Below, piece after piece: positions 30,617 to 39,904 of a stretch of 64,000 nt of DNA (its first letter is position 1; the number at the start of each line of letters is the position of its first letter). Origin of the DNA: a bacterium. GTDB taxonomy: Bacteria > AUK180. The notes beneath the pieces are model-generated. The model was not told the DNA's origin and searched no databases. It worked only from the letters and a program-made list of their open reading frames with translations. Made by a program: the position numbers and the translations under genes. The DNA is taken from contig JAGLGN010000006.1 of the NCBI GenBank assembly GCA_023144005.1, positions 1,841 through 65,840 of the forward strand, read 5' to 3'.

Positions 30617-30907
30617 CTATATTCCTTCAAACAGCTCGATGCTGTTTCCTTTCGCAAGTTTCACATAGGCCTTCTTGTATCCCTGCGTCTTGGTGGTGTA
30701 TCTGAAATTAACCTTTTTGGTCTTTCCTTTTATGGTCAACACATTGACCTTTTCCACCTTCACCTTGAAGATCTTTTCGACTGCCTTCTTTATTTCGGGC
30801 TTGTTGGCATAGGGAGCGACCTTGAACACATAAACTCCATGCTCTCTGACATTCTCCGCTTTCTCTGCCAATACCGGCTCTATTAAGATGTCATATTCAG
30901 TTTTCAT
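30617..30907 (-). CDS. rplW: 50S ribosomal protein L23
   Basis: [11 protein letters not shown] and YKKAYV motifs. Confidence 0.97.
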   Translation of the reverse strand: MKTEYDILIEPVLAEKAENVREHGVYVFKVAPYANKPEIKKAVEKIFKVKVEKVNVLTIKGKTKKVNFRYTTKTQGYKKAYVKLAKGNSIELFEGI

Positions 30908-31530
30908 AGTTCCATCCTTTTATCCAGATCAGTGATGGCATCCTTGGTAAAGACGATCTTGTCAAAATAGAGAAGATCGAAAACATTGAGATAATTCTGT
31001 GAAACCCATTTGGTATTCTCAAGATTTCTGATGGAAAGATCCAGATTCGTATCCGGAAGCTCTACAACAAAAAGAGATTTTGCGGGAAGATTCAATGATT
31101 TTTTCAGTCCTGCCATCTCTTTTGTCTTGGGTTTATCCAAAACAAGTTTATCCAATATTATGAAGTCTTCAAATCTTGATGTGAGCGCGGAGATCAAAGC
31201 TTTGCGTCTGATCTTCTTGTTCAATTTGATAGAAAAATCTCTCTGTTTCTTGCCAAAAGCAACACCGCCGCCGGTTCTAATATTTGTCCTTTTGCGGCCC
31301 ATTCTGGCATTACCGGTACCTTTCTGTCTGAAGATCTTCTTATTGGAGCCCTTCACCATAGCACGGCTTTTCGTGACCGCGGTGCCCGCCCGCCTTGCAT
31401 TCATATATGCTCTTACGGCAAGCTGCATCAATGTGTCACTTATTTCGCCCTTGAAGATCTCATCCTTTACCTTGATCTTGTCTATTTCCTGGCCTTCTCT
31501 GTTGATTACTTTGATTTCAGCCATGATCAC
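30904..31530 (-). CDS. rplD: 50S ribosomal protein L4
   Basis: RQKGTGNAR and GGGVAFG motifs. Confidence 0.98.
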   Translation of the reverse strand: MIMAEIKVINREGQEIDKIKVKDEIFKGEISDTLMQLAVRAYMNARRAGTAVTKSRAMVKGSNKKIFRQKGTGNARMGRKRTNIRTGGGVAFGKKQRDFSIKLNKKIRRKALISALTSRFEDFIILDKLVLDKPKTKEMAGLKKSLNLPAKSLFVVELPDTNLDLSIRNLENTKWVSQNYLNVFDLLYFDKIVFTKDAITDLDKRMEL

Positions 31531-32204
31531 ACCTCAATATTCTGAAGATATACAACGCCGTTGATAGCCCCGGGAACTCCGCCCTTGACTAAAACAACGT
31601 TCTTTTCAGGAATTACATCAATTATCGGTATCTTTTTCAAGGTAACCTTCTGCACACCCATATGGCCGGGCATCTTCTTTCCCTTCAGGATCCTGGAAGG
31701 GGAAGCACACATTCCAACAGAACCGGGAGCTCGATGAAAATGTGAGCCGTGGCTTGCGGGGCCGCCGGCGAAATTGTATCTCTTCATGACACCCTGAAAA
31801 CCTCTTCCTTTGGAGGTTCCGACTATCGTGACCACATCATTCACCTTCAATGCTTCTACATCGACCTGGTCTCCGGGAGCGTATTTCTCAGGATCCGTGA
31901 CCCTGAATTCTTTCAATACGCTGAAAGTGAAAAGTTTATCGGTATTTCTTTTTTTGATCTCCTTTTCAATATCTTCCCTGGGCATTCCGAAGGCCTTCAT
32001 AATATGAACAAGCACCGGTTTTGTTCCTCTGAACCATTTATTTCTCACCGAACCCATCTGAACGGCATCATAGCCGTGCGTTTCACGTTTCTTTATCTCG
32101 ATAACGTAGTTAGGTTCGATCTTGATTACGGTAACGGGAATACTGACACCATCTCTGAAGACCTGTGTCATTCCCACTTTTTTTCCGATCAGTCCGACTT
32201 TCAT
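31527..32204 (-). CDS. rplC: 50S ribosomal protein L3
   Basis: GKKVGMTQ and KGRGFQGVMKR motifs. Confidence 0.98.
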   Translation of the reverse strand: MKVGLIGKKVGMTQVFRDGVSIPVTVIKIEPNYVIEIKKRETHGYDAVQMGSVRNKWFRGTKPVLVHIMKAFGMPREDIEKEIKKRNTDKLFTFSVLKEFRVTDPEKYAPGDQVDVEALKVNDVVTIVGTSKGRGFQGVMKRYNFAGGPASHGSHFHRAPGSVGMCASPSRILKGKKMPGHMGVQKVTLKKIPIIDVIPEKNVVLVKGGVPGAINGVVYLQNIEV

Positions 32205-32217
32205 TTGTAACTACTCC

Positions 32218-32532
32218 TCACTTTGTTAACTTGATCTTGACCTCTACGCCGGCAGGCAGTACAAGTTTATTCAGGACCTCAACGGTCTTAGGACTGTATT
32301 CCACTATATCGATAAGTCTTTTATGTATCCTTATCTCAAATTGTTCTCTGGATTTTTTATCAATGAAGGGTGAGCGGAGAACCGTGTACCTTGAAACCCT
32401 TGTAGGCAGTGGTATCGGTCCGGCCATTTTCCCTTCACTTCTCTTCAGTTCCTTTATGATCTGTTGTGCGGTCTTATCAAGTATTCTATAATCGTATGCA
32501 CTTAAATATATTCTTACTCTATCCAATGTCAA
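32218..32532 (-). CDS. rpsJ: 30S ribosomal protein S10
   Basis: GPIPLPT and SREQFE motifs. Confidence 0.98.
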   Translation of the reverse strand: MTLDRVRIYLSAYDYRILDKTAQQIIKELKRSEGKMAGPIPLPTRVSRYTVLRSPFIDKKSREQFEIRIHKRLIDIVEYSPKTVEVLNKLVLPAGVEVKIKLTK

Positions 32533-32537
32533 CTCCT

Positions 32538-33731
32538 TTATTCGTGGATCTTGCCAACAACGCCGGCACCAACGGTCCTGCCGCCTTCACGAACGGCGAA
32601 ACGCTGACCTATCTCCATTCCGATAGGTTTGATCAACTCGACCATAATGGTGAGGTTGTCACCGGGCTTGACGATCTGAACATTCTCAGGAAGCGTGATC
32701 GATCCCGTAACATCTGTGGTTCTGAAAAAGAATTGAGGACGATATCCCGTAACAAACGGTTTATGGCGTCCGCCTTCCTTTGCGGTCAGAACATAGATAT
32801 TCGCGTCGAACTTCGTGTGAGGGGTGATGCTCTTGGGCTTGGCCAAAACCTGGCCGCGCTCTACATCAACCTTGTTTACGCCTCTTAACAATACTCCGAC
32901 ATTCTCGCCGGCACGGCCTTCGTCAAGAAGCTTTCTGAACATCTCAACACCGGTCGCGACAGTCTTCCTCGTCTCGCGGAGGCCGACTATCTCAACATCC
33001 TCTCCGACCTTGATAACGCCTCTCTCAACACGGCCGGTTACAACCGTACCTCTTCCCGTGATAGAGAAAACATCTTCGATCGGCATAAGGAAAGGTTTAT
33101 CCAATGGCCTCTCAGGATCAGGTATGGAGTTATCCATAGCGTCTAATAGTTCCTGAATACATTTATAAGCGTCTGAATCAGCATCATCAGATTCGCCGGC
33201 TTTCAAAGCGCTGCCCTGTATAACAGGAACATCGTCGCCGGGAAATTCATACTGGTTCAGAAGATCTCTTACATCCATCTCTGACAGCTCGATCATCTCA
33301 GGATCATCGACCATGTCGACCTTGTTCAGGAAAACGACAATGTAGGGTACATTGACCTGACGGGCCAGCAAAATGTGCTCTCTCGTCTGGGGCATGGGGC
33401 CGTCCGCTGCTGAAACAACAACGACAGCACCGTCCATCTGAGCGGCACCGGTGATCATATTCTTGATATAATCAGCATGTCCGGGACAGTCAACATGAGC
33501 ATAATGACGCTTCTCTGTCGAATACTCAACATGAGCTGTATTGATCGTAATTCCCCTTGCTTTCTCTTCCGGGGCCTTATCGATCGCATCAAACGGCGTA
33601 TAATCCGCCATCCCCTTGAGATGCAGATATTTAGTGATCGCCGCAGTTAACGTGGTCTTTCCATGATCAACGTGGCCTATTGTGCCGACATTGACATGTG
33701 GTTTAATTCGTTCAAATTTTTCCTTAGCCAT
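32538..33731 (-). CDS. tuf: Elongation factor Tu
   Basis: GHVDHGKTT and DCPGHADY motifs. Confidence 0.99.
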   Translation of the reverse strand: MAKEKFERIKPHVNVGTIGHVDHGKTTLTAAITKYLHLKGMADYTPFDAIDKAPEEKARGITINTAHVEYSTEKRHYAHVDCPGHADYIKNMITGAAQMDGAVVVVSAADGPMPQTREHILLARQVNVPYIVVFLNKVDMVDDPEMIELSEMDVRDLLNQYEFPGDDVPVIQGSALKAGESDDADSDAYKCIQELLDAMDNSIPDPERPLDKPFLMPIEDVFSITGRGTVVTGRVERGVIKVGEDVEIVGLRETRKTVATGVEMFRKLLDEGRAGENVGVLLRGVNKVDVERGQVLAKPKSITPHTKFDANIYVLTAKEGGRHKPFVTGYRPQFFFRTTDVTGSITLPENVQIVKPGDNLTIMVELIKPIGMEIGQRFAVREGGRTVGAGVVGKIHE

Positions 33732-33754
33732 AAGTTCCTCCTAATTTAAATTTT

Positions 33755-35827
33755 CTAGAAAGAGTATCCCTGTAAAAGCTCTTTCTGTTCACCCGGCGGC
33801 AGCGGCCTGAATTCCATGAATTCAAGATTAATATTGCCGCGTCCCTGGGTAAGGGAGCGAAGTTCCGTAGTGTATTTAAACATCTTGCTCAGCGGTATTG
33901 CGCCCTTAATGATCTTCAATGCTCCCTTGGGGATAACATCCCTCACTGTAGCACCCTTGGAGTTGATGGAGTTGAATACATCTCCAAAATACTCCTCGGG
34001 GGCGTAGAGCTCGAATTTCATATAGGGTTCAAGCATAACGGGCTTCCCTCTTTGCAGCCCGTTCATGACACCGTTGGATAACGCCATCTTGTACAGGGTT
34101 ACATTCAGGTTCTCACTTCCAGTCACCAGTTCTCTGATGATGAGTTTGACTCCCATTAATGGATAACCGCTTAATACACCTACGGATAACAGGTTCTCGG
34201 CAGCCTCTTGGAGTTCTCTTACAAAAGTCCTGTGAAATTTATCATTGAGCTTTTTCAATGACATCTCCACACGATTCTTATCGTTGTCTTCCAGTGGCTC
34301 GAGATCAATAATGATCTCGGCACTTCCCATTTCATTGGCAACCTTCCCTCTGATGCCGTAAACGGCTTCAGAAATAGATTCCCGGAATGAAACCCTGGGT
34401 TTGCCCGATTTCACATCGATCTTTGCTTCTCTAAACAGACGGTCTAGAATGATCTCCAAATGCAATTCTCCCATACCGTAAATGATCAATTGCCCTGTCT
34501 CCTCACTTTCCCTGAAGGCAAATGAGGGGTCTTCGAACTTATAATCCTCAAGGATACTGATCAATTTGTCGTAGTCCTTATTGGATCGAGGTTCAATGGC
34601 AAGTGATATAACGGGTTTCGGGACTTCAATAACATCCAGCACCAATGGGAAGTCGGGGGTAGATAAGGTATCTGCCGTTTTAGAGAACTTCAAGCCGGCA
34701 ATGCCGACGAAATTCCCCGCAAAGGCTTCTTCTATCTCCTTTTTCGAATTGGCGTGCATCTGGAAGATCTTAAGGACCTTCTCCTTTTTCCTGCTCACGT
34801 CGTTAAAGATAACCTGTCCGCGTTTCAAAGAGCCTGAATAGATCCTCACGAAGGACAATTTGTCCAAAAAAGGATCCTTCATAATTTTGAACACATAGCC
34901 TAAAAAACTATTATGTTCCAGGGGGTTAATGTTAACCCTTTCATTGTTCCTGGGATCGACACCATTCAATGATGCAATATCCGCAGGGGAAGGCAGAAAG
35001 TCTACTATCCCGTCAAGGAGCGGGAGGATTCCCACATTCTTCAATGCAGAACCGGTCAGTACCGGAATTAGCTTCCGGCTCAAAACCAGGTCTCTGAAGG
35101 TTGCTTTGAAGTCATCCTGGGAAATTTCTTCGCCTTCAAGGTACAGAGCCAGTAGATCCTCATTATTTTCAACCACGCTTTCAATGAGTATCTTTCGCCT
35201 GGATTCTACCTCATCCTTGATATCATCCGGAAGTTCGGAAGTGGCGGTCAATTCGCCCCCTTCGTCTTCCCGGTGTAACAAATTTCTTGTAAAAAGATCA
35301 ATGACCCCGTAAAGTTTCTCATCCCTATAATAAGGAATGTTGACGGCCACGGGATCTACAGAAAACTTTTTTCTGATGTCGTCAATGGCAAATACATAAT
35401 CCGCTCCGGCTCGGTCAAGTTTGTTAATACAGACCAGCCTCGGAACATTGAACTTATCGGCTTGGTGCCAGACGGTTTCGGATTGGGGCTGTACTCCCGC
35501 AACTCCATCAAATATAACGACCAGGCCGTCAAGTACCCTAATGGCCTTCTCCACCTCAAGTGTGAAGTCCACATGGCCGGGAGTATCAATAATGTTTATC
35601 TGATGCTCCTTATAATAGGTCGTGGTGACCGCGGATTGTATCGTTATTCCGCGCTCTCTCTCCTGGTCCATCCAGTCCATCTGGGTGGTGCCGTAGTCCA
35701 CTTCCCCTATCTTATGGGTTTTGCCAGTAAAAAAAAGAACTCGTTCGGTGGTAGTGGTCTTACCCGCGTCTATATGGGCTATGAAGCCTATATTCCTAAT
35801 TGCCGGACCGGATAACTCTCCTACCAT
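33755..35827 (-). CDS. fusA: Elongation factor G, divergent (EF-G2-like)
   Basis: AHIDAGKTT, RGITI, DTPGH and GMGELHL motifs; str-operon position; degenerate domain IV. Confidence 0.9.
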   Translation of the reverse strand: MVGELSGPAIRNIGFIAHIDAGKTTTTERVLFFTGKTHKIGEVDYGTTQMDWMDQERERGITIQSAVTTTYYKEHQINIIDTPGHVDFTLEVEKAIRVLDGLVVIFDGVAGVQPQSETVWHQADKFNVPRLVCINKLDRAGADYVFAIDDIRKKFSVDPVAVNIPYYRDEKLYGVIDLFTRNLLHREDEGGELTATSELPDDIKDEVESRRKILIESVVENNEDLLALYLEGEEISQDDFKATFRDLVLSRKLIPVLTGSALKNVGILPLLDGIVDFLPSPADIASLNGVDPRNNERVNINPLEHNSFLGYVFKIMKDPFLDKLSFVRIYSGSLKRGQVIFNDVSRKKEKVLKIFQMHANSKKEIEEAFAGNFVGIAGLKFSKTADTLSTPDFPLVLDVIEVPKPVISLAIEPRSNKDYDKLISILEDYKFEDPSFAFRESEETGQLIIYGMGELHLEIILDRLFREAKIDVKSGKPRVSFRESISEAVYGIRGKVANEMGSAEIIIDLEPLEDNDKNRVEMSLKKLNDKFHRTFVRELQEAAENLLSVGVLSGYPLMGVKLIIRELVTGSENLNVTLYKMALSNGVMNGLQRGKPVMLEPYMKFELYAPEEYFGDVFNSINSKGATVRDVIPKGALKIIKGAIPLSKMFKYTTELRSLTQGRGNINLEFMEFRPLPPGEQKELLQGYSF

Positions 35828-35835
35828 TTTTCATA

Positions 35836-36309
35836 TTACCAATTATAATGCGCAAATGCCTTATTGGCTTCTGCCATTCTATGTGTATCATCTTTCTTCT
35901 TTACAGTGGCGCCTTTATTGTCCAGAATATCCAGGAATTCACCTGTGAGCTTCTCGGTCATGGTGTGCCCTGAGCGTTTTCTTGAAAAGGAAATGATCCA
36001 TCTCATCGCCAATGCTGTTGAGCGTTTCTTGTTGACCTCGATAGGTATTTGATAATTGGTACCACCAAGCCTTCTGGATTTAACTTCCACATGGGGCCTG
36101 ATCTTCTCTATAATCGTTTCAAATATCTCCAAGGCACTTTTCCCCGTTTTCTTCTCCAAAGCTTCCAGTGTTCCGTACACGATCTTGGTGGCGGTACTTT
36201 TCTTACCGTCCATCATTATCATATTGATAAATCTGGCCAAAAGCCTCGAATTGTACTTGAAATCAGGGTTAAGTCCGTATTTAAGTTTCTTAAAAGGTTT
36301 CCTTGACAT
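35836..36309 (-). CDS. rpsG: 30S ribosomal protein S7
   Basis: GKKS and [12 protein letters not shown] motifs. Confidence 0.98.
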   Translation of the reverse strand: MSRKPFKKLKYGLNPDFKYNSRLLARFINMIMMDGKKSTATKIVYGTLEALEKKTGKSALEIFETIIEKIRPHVEVKSRRLGGTNYQIPIEVNKKRSTALAMRWIISFSRKRSGHTMTEKLTGEFLDILDNKGATVKKKDDTHRMAEANKAFAHYNW

Positions 36310-36311
36310 AA

Positions 36312-36695
36312 TTACACCTTGCTTTTCTTGGGCTTTTTGGCCCCGTATTTTGATCTTCCCCGTCTGCGTTCTTCGACACCAGCAGCGTCATATTTTCCGC
36401 GGATGATATGATATCTTACTCCGGGAAGATCTTTCACTCTACCACCCCTGATAAGGACAACATGATGCTCTTGGAGTTCATGGCCTTCGCCGGGAATATA
36501 TGCAGTTACTTCAATACCGTTCGTTAATCTTACCCTTGCGACCTTTCTCAGTGCTGAGTTAGGTTTCTTAGGGGTTCTTGTCGACACCCTCAGGCAGAAT
36601 CCTCTTTTCTGAGGTGAGTTCTGCAATGCCGGTGACTTCGACTTTTTCTTCGACTTTTTCCTGCCATTTCTGAGCAGTTGGTTTATAGTAGGCAT
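36312..36695 (-). CDS. rpsL: 30S ribosomal protein S12
   Basis: [10 protein letters not shown] and [10 protein letters not shown] motifs. Confidence 0.99.
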   Translation of the reverse strand: MPTINQLLRNGRKKSKKKSKSPALQNSPQKRGFCLRVSTRTPKKPNSALRKVARVRLTNGIEVTAYIPGEGHELQEHHVVLIRGGRVKDLPGVRYHIIRGKYDAAGVEERRRGRSKYGAKKPKKSKV

Positions 36696-36762
36696 TGTTC
36701 CTCCTCTTTTTGCAATTTATCGTTCAAACAGCCTATTTATTTTTCTACGCAACAAAAAAGAT

Positions 36763-36790
36763 ATTTTACCAGTTTTATTTTGAAAGTCAA
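36763..36790 (-). promoter_or_regulatory. Promoter of the str operon
   Basis: TTGACT-16-TAAAAT about 70 nt upstream of rpsL. Confidence 0.6.
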
Positions 36791-36971
36791 GTATTTATGG
36801 GAGATTAATGAATAAATAATTGGCTTAAAATGGTGCCGTCGGGATATATTACTTCCTATCTATATACACATTGGGCATATTCTCGCTTATTAATTATTAT
36901 TTACCAATATCCGCATCCGTAGCCGAAAAGCCAATATTCGTTCAAGTAGCGAATGTCGTACCTTAAGGGAG

Positions 36972-36996
36972 GGATTCCCCGCTTTCGCGGGAATGA
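36972..36996. repeat. REP-like palindrome
   Basis: GGATTCCCCGC-TTTC-GCGGGAATGA hairpin. Confidence 0.65.
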
Positions 36997-37146
36997 AGAG
37001 AAGAAGGCAGAATTGCAGAAAACAGATGTGAAGAATGTTCCGTTTAATTCTAAACATTGCGTAGAGTGTACAATTGCTACGCAATTTTCAACTCTCCGCT
37101 TGGTACTTTTACATCGGGACAGTCGAACGCCTGCGGCGTACGGCAT

Positions 37147-37235
37147 GTCCCCTATCTTGGTTGGGGTACGGCGTGATATGATTGTATCAGTAGAATGAAT
37201 GGTTTAAGCGAAATATTGATTTTCCGTTACGGATG
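37147..37235 (+). repeat. Dispersed ~90-bp repeat family B, copy 1
   Basis: GTCCCCTATCTTG.TTGGGGT.CGGCGTGA...CGAAATA....TTTCC(G)GTTACGG; also at 43191-43279 and 39731-39800; an inverted end lies at 36914-36942. Confidence 0.75.
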
Positions 37236-37333
37236 TGTTTCTTTTCCATTTCCCCACTTGTGCCTTGTGCTCTTCTCCCTGTTCCACTGGGCTACTGGGT
37301 CACTGGGTTACTGGGAAGCGCGTACCCGCTTCG

Positions 37334-38158
37334 CTATCCCCAATTGATATCAAATTCAGTTATATCATCTCCTTTGGTAAGAGACTTGGTGACCTTGACA
37401 GAAAGGTCTTTGACCCCGGTCATCATCATGGCGGTATGTATCCATCCGTGGATTCCGGGTTCTATATATTTGTTCATATCCTGAAAATCGATGATCTGTA
37501 CCTTGGCGGAGTTCTTTTTCAGCTCTACTGTCTGCATCGCGGAAGGTTTATAATAGGATGGGAAAATAACGCTTGCTTTTTTGATGATGAAGGAAGGGCT
37601 TCCCATTTTCACAAAGATCTTGTAAATACCTGTCAAAGCGAATTCGGCGCTGAAGATGCCTAAAGTGTTCTGATTTATAAATACGATGACAATGGAATGT
37701 TTAGATTTGAGTCAATTCCAACGAACAATGAGCACGGCGTACCCTTAGTGGTACGCAAGCGAAGAGAGAGGAAGAAATTGACCAAAGATAAGATTCCCTT
37801 CGGACTGATGCTCTTTTTCTGTCTTCGGCGTTCCTCGTCCCTTACATACCGCTGCGGGTATGCAGCGCTCCTCGCGCCTTGAATACGGAATAAAATAGCA
37901 TCAGCCATTGTTGCCGTCTTTATGAATCAGATCACTATCATAGGTCACTTGCATATCTCCATTACAAAGCTTCTCTACGATGGCCTTTGTGGGTATAGTA
38001 ACGGCATCTTCCATAGAATACCACGCTCCCACGAAGGGGTTCTCCAGGATCTCTCTTGATCTTTCAGGCAGAGAGGCATACCATTCATCATATTTATTCG
38101 GATAATGTTTCTTGACATATTCCCTTAAGGGAAGAACCGCCGCGCCTTTTACTTCCAT
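37334..38158 (-). pseudogene. Conserved-looking hypothetical protein (183 aa, possibly DUF2378/HNOB-like) split by the 273-bp element
   Basis: Removing 37664-37936 joins MEVKG...QVTYD to LGIFSAEFALTGIYKIFVK...INWG in frame; SD GAGGAG upstream of 38158. Confidence 0.85.
37664..37936 (+). mobile_element. 273-bp fold-back MITE-like element, intragenic
   Basis: AGTGTTCTG...CAGATCACT; 273 bp; no TSD. Confidence 0.93.
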
Positions 38159-38177
38159 ATATTTTACTCCTCTATTT

Positions 38178-38407
38178 GGGGACGGTGGTTGCAAAAGTTG
38201 CAAGTCCATCCCTGCTCCTCTTGTATTGCACCTTTATTAGTATATTTATAACCTTATCGAACCTCGCTTTGAGGCATTGCTTCATGTATCTCATATCGGT
38301 CTTGCATCATGCTTATTGCAATAAGTATTCAGCCCAGTATAATAGGAGTTACCCAGCCTCCTGCTAGGGAAATATTCACTTCCTGCAACTTTTGCAACCA
38401 CCGTCCC
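38178..38407. mobile_element. 230-bp MITE with perfect 24-bp TIRs
   Basis: GGGACGGTGGTTGCAAAAGTTGCA (38179-38202) and its exact reverse complement (38384-38407); TATTT on both flanks. Confidence 0.85.
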
Positions 38408-38420
38408 TATTTTTTATTTT

Positions 38421-39068
38421 TTAAAGAATATTCAGTCCTATTCCTAATGCGACCATCAGATTGATATATCTGGAAGACATTCCTTCCACCGTTGCCGTGG
38501 TCTCCAGATCCGAGAGTCCCATCGCAAAGCGGCCATCCAATGACATGCGGACATTGAAAAGATAAAAATCGAACCCCAGACCGAATACTAATGAAAAATT
38601 TACATTCGCGGCCTGATCCTTGATATCTTCCCATGCGCCGTCCAATGTAAGTTTTTCTGCCTTCGTCAATATTGAAAATGATGGGCCTATTAGAAAGTAC
38701 GGTTTAATTATAGGCATATTCAACCGAAGCTTTAGAAGCACAGGTATCTCGATATAATCACTGACCCTCTCCTTGTAATTGAAGGTGGTTTCCGCCACTT
38801 CAGACAGTTGAGAGATATTATGCAGATAGTATATTTCGGTCTGAATTGAGACTACCTTGAAAAGGTTGATGGAGCCGTATATTCCGAAGTTGAATCCGGC
38901 GGACGGATCAAAATTCTCATTAAGGGAAGCCTCGGTGGAGTCATCTGTAGCGGTGATCTGCACATCGGCAAAACTTGTGCCGAATTTCAAGCCCAGATCA
39001 AGCAGGTCAGCTTGCAGAAATGCAGCCGAGAACATAAGCATCAATGTAAGGACAATTATCTTTTTCAT
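38421..39068 (-). CDS. Outer-membrane beta-barrel protein (PorT/OMP_b-brl-like)
   Basis: Signal peptide; GF..G, YIEIPVLLK, PYFLIGPSF and DGRF.MGLS strands. Confidence 0.85.
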   Translation of the reverse strand: MKKIIVLTLMLMFSAAFLQADLLDLGLKFGTSFADVQITATDDSTEASLNENFDPSAGFNFGIYGSINLFKVVSIQTEIYYLHNISQLSEVAETTFNYKERVSDYIEIPVLLKLRLNMPIIKPYFLIGPSFSILTKAEKLTLDGAWEDIKDQAANVNFSLVFGLGFDFYLFNVRMSLDGRFAMGLSDLETTATVEGMSSRYINLMVALGIGLNIL

Positions 39069-39247
39069 ATTGCCTCCTTCGTATGATATATTTTAAACAC
39101 AATCAGAATATAAATCAACCCTTCAGCGGCAGCATTTATCTGAATTTGTATGATAACATACCATAATAGCAGAAGGAGATGTGTGAAGTCTGAAGTGTGA
39201 AGTGAAAAATAGGTGATAAGGTAATAAGTTTGTAGGTAGAGAACGAT

Positions 39248-39275
39248 GGATTATCGGGTCAAGCCCGATAATGAC
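39248..39275. repeat. REP-like palindrome
   Basis: GGATTATCGGG-TCAAG-CCCGATAATGAC. Confidence 0.65.
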
Positions 39276-39357
39276 AGAGGAGAGAGGAAATAACATTAAT
39301 AGATGTGTGGAGAATATTTACATATGATTCTACGCCCATTCTCCCTCCACCCGCCCA

Positions 39358-39629
39358 GGTGATCTGAGTCATAAATAAGATGGCAATGGAATGTTTAGAT
39401 TTGAGGTAATTCCAACGAACAATGAGCGCAGCGTACCCTTTGTGGTCCGCAAGCGAAAAGAGAGGAAGAAATTGACCAAAGATTAGATTCCCTTCGGGCC
39501 GAAGCTCTTTTCTGTCTTCTGTGTTGCTCGTTACTTACATACCGCCTTGGGTATGCAGTGTTCCTCGCGCCTTGAATCCGTAACAAAATAGCTTCAGCCA
39601 TTGCTATCGTATTTATGACTCAGAACACT
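39358..39629 (+). mobile_element. 272-bp copy of the fold-back element, intergenic
   Basis: GGTGATCTGAGTCATAAAT...ATTTATGACTCAGAACACT; one base shorter than the others. Confidence 0.9.
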
Positions 39630-39637
39630 ATTCTCCA

Positions 39638-39718
39638 GGGACGGAGGTGGTGAATTTTTCAACCCACTTATTTGTCTGAATTGAATGTATTAAGTTAAAA
39701 TATTCAACCTGCCGTCCC
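39638..39718. repeat. 81-bp miniature inverted-repeat element
   Basis: GGGACGGAGGTGGTGAAT...ATTCAACCTGCCGTCCC; shares the GGGACGG terminus with the 230-bp MITE. Confidence 0.5.
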
Positions 39719-39730
39719 GTAGGCTGATCG

Positions 39731-39800
39731 CTGCGGCGTTCTATATTTGTTACGGATAAATTAATGATAAATACGAAATAGTGATTTTCCGGTTACGGAT
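39731..39800 (+). repeat. Repeat family B, partial copy
   Basis: TGCGGCGT...CGAAATAGTGATTTTCCGGTTACGGAT. Confidence 0.6.
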
Positions 39801-39904
39801 GCGTTTCCTTTTCCCTTACACACTTGTTCCTTGTCTCTCTCCCCCTGTTCCACTGGGTCCACTTGTACCTGGGTCCACTGCGCAGCGTGTCGCTTGTGCG
39901 CTAC

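Noticed and set aside
17053..36695. Many plus-strand ORFs over the ribosomal operon
   Set aside because: Antisense shadows of conserved genes with no recognisable motifs.
36890..37663. Short ORFs upstream of rpsL
   Set aside because: They overlap REP and family-B repeats or lie antisense to the split gene; no coding signature.
8565..39601. Similar small ORFs (MADAIL..., MFRFES...) as a paralogous gene family or transposase
   Set aside because: They lie wholly within the 273-bp repeat, show no catalytic motifs and are broken in some copies; treated as element-derived.
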